Counted from the stretch's first letter, positions 15,931 to 28,536 are shown. The stretch is 64,000 bases of DNA from Octopus vulgaris (GCA_951406725.2 OX597817.1:28334001-28398000); one strand, 5' to 3'. A program made the numbers and translations. The notes: generated by a model not told the origin, from the letters alone.

Positions 15931-16643
15931 ATATATATATAGCTTTATGTACATACACTTATGAGTATATATATATGCATATATATATATTGTATTTTCA
16001 ATTATGTATGCACATAAAAGCATACATACATAGGTGTGTATGTAAATGTATGCATATATTGTATACTTTTATACGTAAATAGTTATACATATATGTGTGT
16101 GTATAATTATATCTTATATGTATACATGTAAAGACATGTATATGTTTTAGGATACATCTTATTGATACTCCAGGCTGCATTCTCAATGATGCTTCCTGGT
16201 TCTACAGTGGTTTCATGTCTTTTAAGATCAGACCCCCTTCTGTATTCGTCCCAGTTGGGTCTCATCAAATCCTAGCTTGCATGTTACACCACTGTTCTGT
16301 CTTCTTTATCTAGAGCCACCTTGTACCCATGATACATACAGCTCTCTCTCATAATGAGAGAAAGAGAGAGACGAATATCAACATATATATATATCTTTTT
16401 GCTTGTGTGTGTGTGTGTGTGTATGGGCATGTATGCAGATACATGCTGGTTTTCATGTCTGTATGTATATATATATATATACATACAGTATATACATTCA
16501 CACATACATTTACAAAGAATAAAGAGCATACATAGATTCATGCATTATATACACAATATGTGTGTGTATTGACATAGATGTAAGAGTGTCTATTATATAC
16601 TTGTGTGTGTGTGTGTATATATAAATATATATATATACATAAT

Positions 16644-16691
<48 letters not shown>

Positions 16692-16766
16692 ATACACATA
16701 CATAATTGTAAATTTATTTTATTTATTTATAATCAAACGCCACACAGCTTTGACCACAGTAAGTTC

Positions 16767-16815
<49 letters not shown>

Positions 16816-16824
16816 TGATGGCCG

Positions 16825-16885
16825 AATAACTGAAGAGATGCCGGCATGGAATTCCGTCTCAGTATCCGAAACTCGGAGTTTTATC
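16825..16885 (+). ncRNA. type I hammerhead ribozyme motif (C3-G8 core), Penelope-like/retrozyme type
   Basis: aataa-CTGAAGA(16830-36)-gatgc...gtatc-c-GAAA(16868-71)-ctcggag-TT-ttat; stems I, II and III can be paired by eye; paralog at 47191-47251. Confidence 0.65.
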
Positions 16886-17232
16886 ATGGCTACCGAATAA
16901 TTGTCACATATTACATTTATATGTATATATGTATGTATATAAAATCATTTATGTCCTTATATGTTTATGTGTATATGTATTTCAATATACTACATATTAT
17001 ATAGTGTCCCTAGATACATGTGTATACATATATATGTGTGTGTGTTTGTGTGCACATGGCTGTATATAGTCTTGTGTACGAATATAAGTATATTTGTGTC
17101 TATGTATATGTATATACATATGCTTTAGTGTACACATATGTGTATATACATATAGAGTTACAAGTCTCTATGCATGTGTATTTGTATATGTATATATGTT
17201 CATTTTTTTATACATAATGATATATATATATA

Positions 17233-17503
17233 TTATCATCTTCATTGTTTAACATTCGCTTTCCATGCTATCATGGGTTGGATGGTTGACATGGAGCTAG
17301 CCTGCTGGGTGCTCTCCGAACTCCAGTTGTCTGATGTGACATGGTTCCTACAGCTGGATGCCCCTCTTAATTCCAGCACTTAGCAGAGTGCTGCATGCTT
17401 TTTGCATGACACCAGCATGAATGCATTCACACAGCACTGGTATGGATGCATTTATGTAGCACTGGCACAAGTGCTTTTTATTTGGCACCAGCACTTGAAT
17501 GGA
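17233..17503 (-). mobile_element. RTE-like/SINE 3'-end repeat (relatives at 19431-19632, 21770-21930, 23460-23700)
   Basis: catc..gtttaacattcgctttccatgct..catgggttggatgg..ctacagctggatgccc motif recurs in the window. Orientation and class are inferred from the (gat)n-like tail. Confidence 0.55.
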
Positions 17504-17616
17504 CAGACATATATATATATATGTATATATGTATATATATCAATCAGTGGTGACTCCATCACTTGGACTGTTCGAGCTTAGCTCAGGTATAAATTTAGTA
17601 AAGTGAATGTGTATTT

Positions 17617-17848
17617 TATTTCTTTATTGCACACAAGGGGCTAAACACAGAGGGGACAAACAAAGACAGACAAACGGATTAAGTCGATTACATCAACCTC
17701 AGTACGTAACTGGTACTTCATTTATCGACCCTGAAAGGATGAAAGGCAACGTCGACCTCAGTGGAATTTGAACCTAGAATGTAACGGCAGACGAAATACG
17801 GCTACACATTTTGCCTTGCGTGCTCACGTTTCTGCCAGTTCGCCGCCC
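17617..17848 (-). mobile_element. full-length family-A SINE with 18-bp TSD
   Basis: TSD taaagtgaat(g/a)tgtattt at 17599-17616 and 17849-17866. Confidence 0.92.
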
Positions 17849-18581
17849 TAAAGTGAATATGTATTTGCAAGCTGATTTACTTTCGGCCAACACTGTCTTC
17901 AAGGATGTAATTGCAGCCAATAACTCGGTCTCCTTTTATTGAGCTTGCTTGCAGTGTCTTTATTTTCATTCAGCATCTGGTGGTCGTCTTAGAGGTGCCC
18001 TGTGTCAAAAAATATCATTCATAGCAGACATTCGCTCAGCAGCATTTACAGGCACCTAACTCAGGCTCAGAAATTACAGCCCGAGTTGCTGTCTATAATC
18101 ATAAAAATGAAAGTGATTCAAATTCAATGTTTTCTTGAAACAATAAATTTCTATAGAGATTAGGATTTAAATTCCAATCCATAAAAAGTTTCTGTTCTAC
18201 AATATTCTTAAACGAATTAAAAAAATCATCCAGCAATTCAGGCTTATACGAACGAGCCTCGTAGGTGTTAAAGATTACCTGGTATCTCTTGTCAAGAGTA
18301 CAGGCAACAACCAGATAGCTGATGTTTGTTATGCAGTCTGCTGTTATTATTCGATTGCTGTTATTCTGTGAATCTGTGTGTATATATCAGTTGTGTTTTG
18401 CAGGGTTGCTTTATTTTTACTCTTAACTTAGAAATGGAGAAAGACATAATGGTATATATAAAAAAAAAAATAAGCCATTTGGGGCTGGAAATATTGCAGA
18501 AAAATGTGAAATTCTTCGAGCGGGCATGTGTTTTATGCGAAATCTGTGATGAGCCCGAGTGATGCTGATGACCTGGCATTG

Positions 18582-18628
<47 letters not shown>

Positions 18629-18629
18629 A

Positions 18630-18950
18630 AGACTCCGCCAGTTACGACGACGAGGGTCCCAGCTGATACGATCAACGGAACAGCTTGCTCGTGAAATTAA
18701 CGTGCAAATGGCTGAGCATTCCACAGACACGTGTACCCTTAACGTAGTTCTCGGGGATAATCAGCGTGACACAGAGAGTGACAAGGCTGACCCTTTGAAA
18801 TACAAGTACAACTCATTTTTGCCAGCTGAGTGGACTGGAGCAACGTGAAATAAAGTGTCTTGCTCAAGGACACAACGCGTCCCGGGAATCGAACTCACAA
18901 CCTTACGATCATGAGCCGAATGCCCTAACCACTAAGCCACGCGCCCTCAC
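18630..18950 (-). mobile_element. family-D tRNA-derived SINE with CORE-like central segment
   Basis: Reverse strand ggcgcgtggcttagtggttaggg...gagttcgattccc...ccttgagcaagacactt..gctccagtccactcagctggcaaaaatgagt; copies at 44078-44352 and 53205-53517. Confidence 0.88.
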
Positions 18951-20371
18951 TTATATATATATATATATATATATCTCAATACATACATACATATATATAT
19001 GTTCAACTGTGTGTGTGTGTTTATGGACATATACATATATATGTATATATGTATGTATATAGTCATGGTCAGGTGCAGGTATGACTGTGTAATAAGAAAC
19101 TTGCTTCCCAACCAGAAGGTTCTGGGTTTAGTCCCTCATTGTGACACATCAGGCAAGTGTCTTCTATTATAGACTTTGCCCAGCCAAAGTCGAGTATGTT
19201 TGGCAGACTGAAAAATGAAAGAAACCTAAAGTCTGTGTGTGTTTGTGTGTAGAAAGGCCTATATATCGAGAGAGAAATGCCTATATATCGAAGTGTTTGA
19301 GTCTATTTCTTTGTGTTTTTCCCAACACTGCCAGACAACCTGTGTTGGGTTGGTTATGTCTCTGTAACTTAGCAGGCCAACAAAAGAGATTTGTAGAATA
19401 AGTACCAGGCTTTAAAAAAAAAATAAGTACCGCTGGGAGTTCTCCAAATTCCAGTTGTCTATTGTGGCATGGTTTCTACAGCTGGATGCCCCTCTTAATT
19501 CCAGCACTTAGCAGAGTGTTGCGAGCTTTTTTGCATGCCACCAGCATGGATGCATTCACACAGCACTGGTATGGATGCATTTATGCAGCACTAGCACAGA
19601 TGCTTTTTATGTGGTACCAGCACCTGAATGGATGAAAGCCGATTTCTTCATCCAAATAATTGAAGGTGGTGCCTCTTAATCCTCATCATCAAATAAATGA
19701 AGAAGTAAAAGATAAAAAAGTAAAAGATAAAAAATTTATTCATACATTTATGTATGTGTGTATGTCTACGCTTAAATATGTATGTATGTGCATGTGTATA
19801 TCATCATTTTAATGCTTCTATGGGCTGGACAGAGTTTATTGAGTTGGATTTTCTATATCTAAATGTTTTTCCTGTCACCAATTCTTACCAATTTTCAAGC
19901 AAGGTAACAATTCACATTATCCAGGCAAGTTTCCCCCGAACACTGGTGTCATTATTCCACTTCTGTTATGGTGACACTTGTTTATAATTACCATGTGTAG
20001 TCATGGTTGGGAAATATTAACACTCACTGAGACTCACACAGATACATACACACATGTATAAATACACATACACAATTTTTCAGATTCCTCAGAATCCACT
20101 CGCAAGGTTTTGATTGGCCCAGGGGCCATTATGGAAGACACCTTCCCAAATTGTCACTCAATGGAACTGAACTTGGTTCAGTGTTGCTCAGAAGTTAATA
20201 CAGCCACATTAGCACAGCAAGGGGAAGCAGCTGACATCCCCTGTTCGAAGGTTATAATGGACCCAGGTTCGTGTGTCACATAACTAGCTAGAGGTGATGG
20301 CTTCTTGGAGCTAATCAACAGCAGCATTCATCCTATTTTCCTGGACTGCCATGTTAGCTTCGTGATAACTA

Positions 20372-20420
<49 letters not shown>

Positions 20421-20429
20421 GTTGTCATT

Positions 20430-20702
20430 TGTTCCTTCTCAAGCCATGCCTGGCTCATAAGTCCCAGCTTCCTGGTTTCAGTGGCGTATAGATTCCCCAC
20501 CTGGATGGGATGCTCGTCCATTGCAGGTGAGTCACTAGATGCAGGAGGAACGAGTCAGAGAAAGTTGTGGTTAAGGAGTGAGCAGAAGTTCACCATTACC
20601 TTCTGCCGGAGCCACATGGAGCTTAGAGGTGTTTCGCTCATAAACACACACATCATCCAATCTGCAAGTCTGCTGCTCTAACCACTAGGCCATGTGCTTC
20701 CA

Positions 20703-20703
<1 letters not shown>
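20430..20703 (-). mobile_element. family-C-type tRNA-derived SINE
   Basis: Reverse strand gtggaagcacatggcctagtggttagagcagc...gtgtttatgagcgaaacacc; similar copy at 25190-25392. Confidence 0.75.
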
Positions 20704-20739
<36 letters not shown>

Positions 20740-21054
20740 TTATTTGTTATTTCTTAGTCAACATTCTTTGGTCAGAATAGATACCAAATTTGGGTTTTGC
20801 TGTATGAATATGAATAGAGGTACAGAAATAGATGTAGAGGAGATATACATGACAGTCATAAAGGAGCTTTCCCTCTCCCTCATTCTCTTTCTCCTCAACA
20901 GGTAAATGACTGCATTAGTTGGGGGAAAAGTTGGAGAGGGAATGGAGAGAGAGAAGATGGTGGAGATGAGATGAGGCATACACTGAAGTATATATAAATT
21001 TTACAGTGAGGTGTATATAAATAAATGAAGCAGAACTAGGGATTTTTCAATTTA

Positions 21055-21450
21055 ATTCAATTTTTATTGGCTCAAAAAGCAAAAGCAAGGCTATGTAGTG
21101 GGACAGGGAGTTATGTACAGGGAGAGTGGTCATACAAAGAGTTCAGGCCATTTCTGGTCAAGAGAGACTTTGAACCGAGCGGTCATCGACATCTTCACCA
21201 TCTCGTCTGGCAGCTTATTCCATGGATCCACAACCCGGACGGAGAAAGCCTCTCTCCTTCGATTGAGATGAAATCGTCGTAGATAGAGCTTTTCGGAGTG
21301 ACCCCACAGCCCACGCTCTGGAGCAGGAGTGAAGAACATCTCTTTTGAGAGGTTACACTTTCCGCTTATGATGTTGTGAGCGAGAATGAGATCACCACGG
21401 CGGCGGCATTTTTCGAGAGGAAAAAGGTCGAGCGTCTTCAGCCTTTCATT
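21055..21450 (-). mobile_element. 5'-truncated CR1/L2-type LINE, ORF2 C-terminus plus 3' UTR
   Basis: Translates RLKTLDLFPLEKCRRRGDLILAHNII...GHSEKL...RREAFSVRVVDPWNKLP, matching the conserved LE.RR.RGDL / GH..KL / FS.RVV..WN.LP tail of CR1-clade ORF2. Confidence 0.88.
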
Positions 21451-22224
21451 GAATAAGGTCTAGAGGGTCAGTAAGTTCATGGTATTGTGAAAGGAGAGTG
21501 GGAGATGGACAAGAGTGGAAATGTAGTGAATGGACACAGGTAGAATGGAAAGGGTGTTAGGGGGATCTGTTGTGAGGAGAGTTGACAGGGACATATGTGC
21601 AGGTAGGCTCATAAGGGTGTAAGAGAGAGTGGGGAATAGAGGAGAGGGGAATACAGCAAATGCTGAACATAGGGGGAGAGATGTTAAGAAGTTGGGTTGT
21701 TTTGGAAGGTTTGTAAGGGACAGACTGTGTACAGGGGCATGGACTTAATTAACCTATACAGATCATCATTATTTTACACTTTCATTTTCTCTGCTGGTAT
21801 GTTTGAACAGTTTGAAGGGATCCATTGGGCCCAAGAACTGCATCATGCTCCAGTGTCTGCTCCTACAACTGGATGCCTCTTTGAGTGCTTTTAACATTCC
21901 ACTAGCCCTAGCGATGTTGCCATGCACTTCGTATGACTAATAACACTGAGTGAGCAACTTTATGCTGGGTGAAAGTATGAGAGAAAGGATGGATAGATAA
22001 CAAGTGAAACGGTTTGGGACAGTAAGACAAGTGATGACGAAGACAAGCTGTAACTAAGGAGGTGGTGGTGATACCATGAGGCAGATTGATATTGGCCAAA
22101 GGGCCTAATTGTGAATAAACACAGACATGACAGAAGTAAATAGACACCCTTAAAATCATTAAAATTTATTTAAATCTGAAATTATACATTTCAAATTATT
22201 TATTAATTGTTATAATGTGAAGAT

Positions 22225-23232
22225 TTAATATTTAGTAGACCAACCTTATGCATTTTTCAATGCAAGGACCCTATTAGGCATGTTACTGATCAGATGATTA
22301 ATATTCTCTTGAGGAATTTCTTGCCAAGTTTCATGCAGTAATCTCAAAAGATCTGGCTTTGAAGATGCTTTCTTGTCCTTTTTTATAGTGTCCTGTCCAT
22401 TTTACTCCAGAGGTGTTCAATAGGATTCATATCTGGTTACTGGCTTGCTGTGGAAGCTTTTTAATGCTATTCTCATCCAACAAATTTTAGATCATTTTAC
22501 CCATATGACAAGGAGCCCCATAAATAAAAAGTCTTCTTTAATCCTTTTGCCACTGGAGAAGATTGGAAGAAGTCTTTTCTGCAATATGGACATATATTTA
22601 TCTGAGTTTATGTTTCCCTCACACAGCTCTGATTGACCATTGCTCCAAATTGCTCCTCAGACCATCACAGAATAGCTGCCATGTTTCATTGTTGGCCACA
22701 ATATTTTCACATTGAATTCTTGATCACAGAGTCTCCAGACCAACACTTGACCACTGTCAGAAAATGCAGTAAATCTGGACTTACTGGAGAATATGACAGT
22801 ATCCCAAAATGCTAGTGGCCTCTCCATTAACTCACTGGCCCAATCTTTTCTCCACTTGATGTTGGCTGGTCAAAGAAGTGGCTTCCTTCTTGCTGCTCTG
22901 CCATAGTAACCAAGTTTGTGGAGATACCTGACAGCTGTTCTGGGACTGACATCACCGTGTTCCCCTATGTCAGAAGCCTTGCAACAAGGATTATCCTCAA
23001 CACTTCTCTTAACAAAGAGAAGGGTCTGGTGAGAGAGCCCTCGTCAACCTGGAAAAGGTGATGTGGATTCCTTCCCCTCTCTGGTGAATTGTACAATCAC
23101 TCTATTAACTGTAGAAAGCAGGATCCTAAGATTTTCTGCAATTTTATGCTGACTATATCCACCTTCAGAATGACCCACAATATGACCTCTTTAAAATTCA
23201 GACAGATCCAAGGCTTCTTTTGTATATGGCAT
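22225..23232 (-). pseudogene. decayed Tc1-family transposase gene
   Basis: Minus-strand translation gives MPYTKEALDLSEF*RGHIVG...FWDTVIFSSKSRF...MKHGSYSVMV*GAI...Q*PDMNPIEHLW...NA*GWSTKY*. These are Tc1 motifs (VIFSDESRF, HGGGSVMVWG, SPDLNPIEHLW, GG.TKY) with several stops and indels. Confidence 0.9.
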
Positions 23233-23969
23233 GATTAAACAATCAGATATAGAACCAGAAACATAAAAATGTTGATTATGATGTTTTATGGCATGTCTAT
23301 TTACTTCTGTCGTGTGTATGTGTGTGTGTAGGTATGTTGATGCAAACAAGAAAAATAGAACCCCAAATATGAGTATATGTATATTTAGCAGAAATAATGC
23401 TTGAAACTCTCAGACCTTGAGACACTTTGTTACTTCTGCTAAATATTAATTTATATACATCATCATCATCACCATCATCATCATTTATCATCCATTATCC
23501 TTGCAGGCATTTGTTGGATGGTTTGACAGGAACTAACATGTCCGAAGATTGCATCAAGCTCCACTATTTGCATGGCATGGTTTCCACAACTGGACGCTCT
23601 ACCTAACATTATTAACTTTACAGTTCTTATAACATGGCACCAGCATCAGTGGGATCACCAAGTTACTTGCATGACAAAACCCTTTAACTGAGAGTGAGAG
23701 TAGTATTGAGGGAGGTGGCACACAAACATGTATTAAAGACACTATTTATGTATAATACTAAATGTGTGCACATCATTAAAAGGTGTAAAAATGGAATTGT
23801 CTGTAATAAACTCTTTACATACACTTGCTGTGTTAGAAATACAATATATATCAGAGCGAGTCAAACATCATCACTGCAATGACTTATAGGAGTGATAGAT
23901 GCATCTCATCTTTGAAAAGGTGTGCACTTGATTTGTTCTTCAATATGTAAGAATCAGTGAATCAAATGG

Positions 23970-24990
23970 GATGGACTAAACATAACAAGAGACACATGGG
24001 ATGGAAGAGTTGCTGAAGAGGTCACAGGTGTGTGATGAAAGATTCCAAGACAATGGACAGAAAATAAAATATGAACAATAAGCAATGAGTGAAGAACAAG
24101 TATATAGAGCATGTGTTAATTTGGCAAGAAAAAACAAAATGACCATCCCAAAATATAACAATTTTTTTTCAACACACGATTTCACATCGACAGACTTGCA
24201 AAACAAATTCATAAACATAGTGAGGAAAGCATTTACTGGTATTTGCAAAAGCTTGTGCAAATATAGAAATCTTTGGCATACGCCATTGAAACAGCATTAA
24301 ATGTTAAATCACTTAATCATATTAAATGTAAACTCAGTTAAAAGGCATGATGCTGAAGAACTGTCTGAGACAAAAGCCTCTTCATAGACTTGTGTCCAAA
24401 GAAAAGCAAAAACAGTGAATTTGGTTGATAGAAACTTAAAAAGGCTTGTCACACAAATTGTTCAGATGAATGTTTTACTGTGGTCATAACAAACTATTAA
24501 CACAACAGAATTTATATGTATGTATGTTCATACTTTTGCGTTTGTATATATTTACTTTTGTATCTATGTATATATAGGTTTTAAAGTATAAATCTATGTG
24601 AATATATATATATATGTAAAACTTCTGATGTGAAACTGTCTATTGAAACAAATATTGCTATATTTGGGGATGATAAGTTTATTTATTTATTATTTGTTTT
24701 TTGTTTTTTTTTTGCCAAATAGACAAACACTATATATTCTTTTCCCCTCATTTATTACTGTTCTTAATTCATCTTATGTTCATTGTCTGGAAATCTTTCA
24801 TCGCACATCTGTGACCTCTTCAGCAACCTTTTCCATCCACGTGTGTCCTCCTGCTTTGCTTAGTCCATTCTAAGAATGGACATACGATAAAATAAGAATA
24901 GTAATAAAGAAGTGAAGAACGAATATATAGTGTGTGTGTTTATTTAGTGAAATAGGAAAACTGACCATTCCAAAATATAACAGTTTACAC
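23970..24990. repeat. three diverged copies of one interspersed repeat (about 23970-24195 +, 24620-24870 -, 24875-24985 + partial); two carry a hammerhead-like motif
   Basis: gttgctgaagaggtcacag.tgtg.gatgaaagatt..cagacaatg...gacca..ccaaaatataacaa shared between copies. Confidence 0.7.
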
Positions 24991-25189
24991 ACACACACAC
25001 ACACATGAGTGTGTGGTAAGAAGTCAGGCACAGGCATGACTATATAAGAAGCTTGCTTCACAATCACATGGGGAGCAACTTGGGCCACTATAGCCAACCT
25101 CAGACCAACTAAAGCTTTGTGAGTGGATTAGGTAGGTGGAAACTGAAAGAAGCCCATTATGTGTGTGTGTGTGTGTGTGTGTGTGTTTC

Positions 25190-25645
25190 TCCCCATTTGC
25201 AAGATGCCTGAGGAGAGGGTGAGAGAAAGTTGTGGCGAAAGAGTCAGAAGTTTCGACATTACCATCCGCCGGAGCGGCATGGAGCTTAGATGTTTCGCTC
25301 ATAAACAGACACATTGCCCGGGCTGAGATTCGAACCCGGGATCCCTCGATCACGAGTCCGCTGCTCTAACCACTAGGTCATGTGCCTCCACCAATAAATG
25401 TTCCTTCTCGAAGCATGCCAGGTTCATACGGGCCAGTTTCTCGGTTTCAGTGGCTTAGAAATTCCCCACCTGGACGGGACGCCGGTCCGTCACAGGATTT
25501 CTCATTTTTGCCAGCTGAGTGGACTGGAGCAACGTGAAATGAAGTGTTTTGCTCAAGAACACAACCCATCACCCGGTCCAGGAATTGAAACCACAACCTT
25601 ACGATCATGAGTTCAACACTCTAACCACTAAACCACACGCCCCCA
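25190..25645 (-). mobile_element. two adjacent SINEs (family-C-type 25190-25392; family-D head with alternative tail 25398-25645)
   Basis: Two tRNA-like heads (tagtggttagag...ggttcgaatc and tagtggttagag...gtttcaattcc) on the minus strand. Confidence 0.8.
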
Positions 25646-25715
25646 CATACATATATACATACACACATACATACACATATATCTTTTACTGCTTTACTTG
25701 TTTCAATATATTATA

Positions 25716-25797
25716 AAAAGCTACGTACGTTTCATGGCTACATTTAAATTTAATTGAAATAAATTCAATTTTAAATTATAGTCAATCTTCAGGTTAA
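25716..25797 (-). ncRNA. type I hammerhead ribozyme motif with long AT-rich stem II
   Basis: Minus strand aac-CTGAAGA-t-tgactata...tgtagcca-t-GAAA-cgtacg-TA-gct. The palindromic stem III (acgtacgt) is typical of Penelope-associated minimal hammerheads; stem I is partly mismatched. Confidence 0.6.
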
Positions 25798-26775
25798 CAA
25801 TAATAGTTAAATAAATAAGCAAATAGAGTTAAACAATATATATTTAAAAAGTAAATAAAATAATTTTTCTTACAGAAGAAATTCCATTAATTAAATCTGA
25901 AACTTAAAACATTAGGATTATTTACTACAACACATTTATTATGTTAAATACTTATTATTTAAGGTAAAAAAAGTAAAGTAAATAGATAGAAATATGTATT
26001 TATCTGTAAAGATATAATTTAGCTTTAAAAATCATTAATAAACTATGGAATATCTTTAACTCAGTTACACGCCAATATCTAATTACTAAATTATTTAACA
26101 AAATAATCACTATTAATATTTTTAGGTTTTAGTTCGCATATAATAATTTTAAAATAATAAATACATAAAAATAAGTATCTAAATTATAATCAACAAATAT
26201 AACAATTAAAAATGTAAATTTTTCTATCAATAAACGTATAAACATATAACCAAAAACAAAGTAGTCCATTATTACTTACATAAGTATTATAGATATCTAC
26301 AGAAAGTATTTATGAAATACAATTTAAGAATTGAAAAGGTCAAATTAAAAACGTAAAACCTATCTTTATAAAATACTTATTACTATTATCAGAAACATTT
26401 TTACGATCTATATCGCAAAGTGACTAACTAATATCTTAAAATTTACGTTCAGATATAATAAGTATAAACTAATAATAATTAAATAAATGTACATATCTAA
26501 ATTATCATTAACAAAAATAAATTATAAATTCAAATTTAAAAATCAATAGTTATATAGAATACAATATTATTTCTTAAATAAAAAAAGTTTATTTATCTCT
26601 CAAAAAGCGTGTCATTAACTAAAAAATTTCAAAACAGAAAACGTCTTTTATGCGTTTATAAAAACTAGTGGAATTACGTTATTAACAGAAATAGAACAAA
26701 CAGATGGAAATATACATTTTATCAATGAAAACTACGAATATATTTTAGCTTCAATAGATAAAGAGAATAAAGTCA

Positions 26776-27117
26776 ACAATTACAGCGTGGAAGCTGTTTA
26801 TAAGCCATTTAAGAAACACAAAACCGTTAGATTCATTTCAACATATAAATTTAATTTGTCAAAATATTTTCGTCGCTTTGAGACCGCGACCTGTTCACTG
26901 ACAAAGCTTCGTGCTGCACGAAGCTTTGTCAGTGAACAGGTCGCGGTCTCAAAGCGACGAAAATATTTTGACAAATTAAATTTATATGTTGAAATGAATC
27001 TAACGGTTTTGTGTTTCTTAAATGGCTTATAAACACCTTCCACGCTGCAATTGTTTTCGTTCCAGCGCACGATATCAGATCAAGTCACTCGCTATGCAAG
27101 TACATCTCCATAATTCC
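26776..27117. mobile_element. 342-bp fold-back insertion (Penelope-like inverted pLTR architecture) with 13-bp TSD
   Basis: TSD gagaataaagtca at 26763-26775 and 27118-27130; palindrome 26775-27055 centred on 26915, with 140-bp arms and 2 mismatches. Confidence 0.85.
26925..26975 (+). ncRNA. type I hammerhead ribozyme motif with G3-C8 core variant (mirror copy on - strand at 26855-26905)
   Basis: tttgtca-GTGAACA(26932-38)-g-gtcgc-ggtctcaaa-gcgac-GAAA(26959-62)-atat-TT-tgacaaa: 7-bp stem I, 5-bp stem II, palindromic stem III aatatt. Confidence 0.65.
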
Positions 27118-27529
27118 GAGAATAAAGTCACTAATAGAGAATAGAATCATTATACACTATAATATCTTTCACTATAAAACTAAAATTTAGAATTAACTAC
27201 GTTAAATTATACGCAAAACTCTATAAATTAAAATAATTTATATAACTACTATTTTCTGTATATTCTCTAATAATCTTATACAAATTAATTTATTTCATAT
27301 ATATAAATATGGTTACGTTGGAGTCAAATCTTTATTTAAACAAAACAAATTTTCGACACATTCTATATAAACCCAGTACTAATACAATCAATATCTATAT
27401 TATAACTACTAATTAATAAACTTAAGTTAATTTTAAAAATATAAAGTAATTCATATTCATTAATAAATAATATGAATTAATTAAATAAACATTTAAATAA
27501 ATCTAATTCTAAATATATAATATGAATAC

Positions 27530-27768
27530 ATTTTGATTGATATATAAAAATTTATTACACAATATAATATATGTATATATATATACACGATTTATATATG
27601 TATATATATATATATATACACGATATACATATGTATATATATATATATATGATATACATATGTATATATATATATACACGATATCTATATGTATATATAT
27701 ATGTATATATATGTATATAAATCTATATATAAATATATACACACGATATATACATACATATATATATC

Positions 27769-27804
<36 letters not shown>

Positions 27805-28098
27805 TTATATCGTGTAAATATATACACAATATATATATGTATATATATATATGTATATATACGATATATATATGTATATATACCCTATATATATATATAT
27901 GTATATATTTATATACGATGTATATATTTATATATATATATACACGATATATGCATGTGTATATATGTATATATATACATGATATATGTATGTATATATA
28001 TATATATACGATATATATATGTATATATGTATGCACAATATATATATGCATATATACATGTATAGGATATATATATGTATATATATACGATATATATA

Positions 28099-28129
<31 letters not shown>

Positions 28130-28135
28130 TCACAA

Positions 28136-28186
<51 letters not shown>

Positions 28187-28187
28187 G

Positions 28188-28276
<89 letters not shown>

Positions 28277-28399
28277 GTATATATGTATATGTATGTATAT
28301 ATATATATATATATGTATGTATATGCATATATATATATGTATATATGTATGTATATGTATGTATATGTATATATATATATGTATATATGTATGTATATG

Positions 28400-28462
<63 letters not shown>

Positions 28463-28503
28463 GTATATGTATATATATATATGTATATATATATATATGT
28501 ATG

Positions 28504-28536
<33 letters not shown>

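Noticed and set aside
16174-16312. Possible exon in a unique island (also 15319-15350, 7570-7614, and 18034-18094 on the minus strand)
   Set aside because: Each has an acceptor-like AG, but there is no consistent phase or convincing exon chain and no recognisable peptide.
26787-27070. Identical 81/90-aa ORFs on both strands
   Set aside because: They are a by-product of the palindrome, with no coding evidence.
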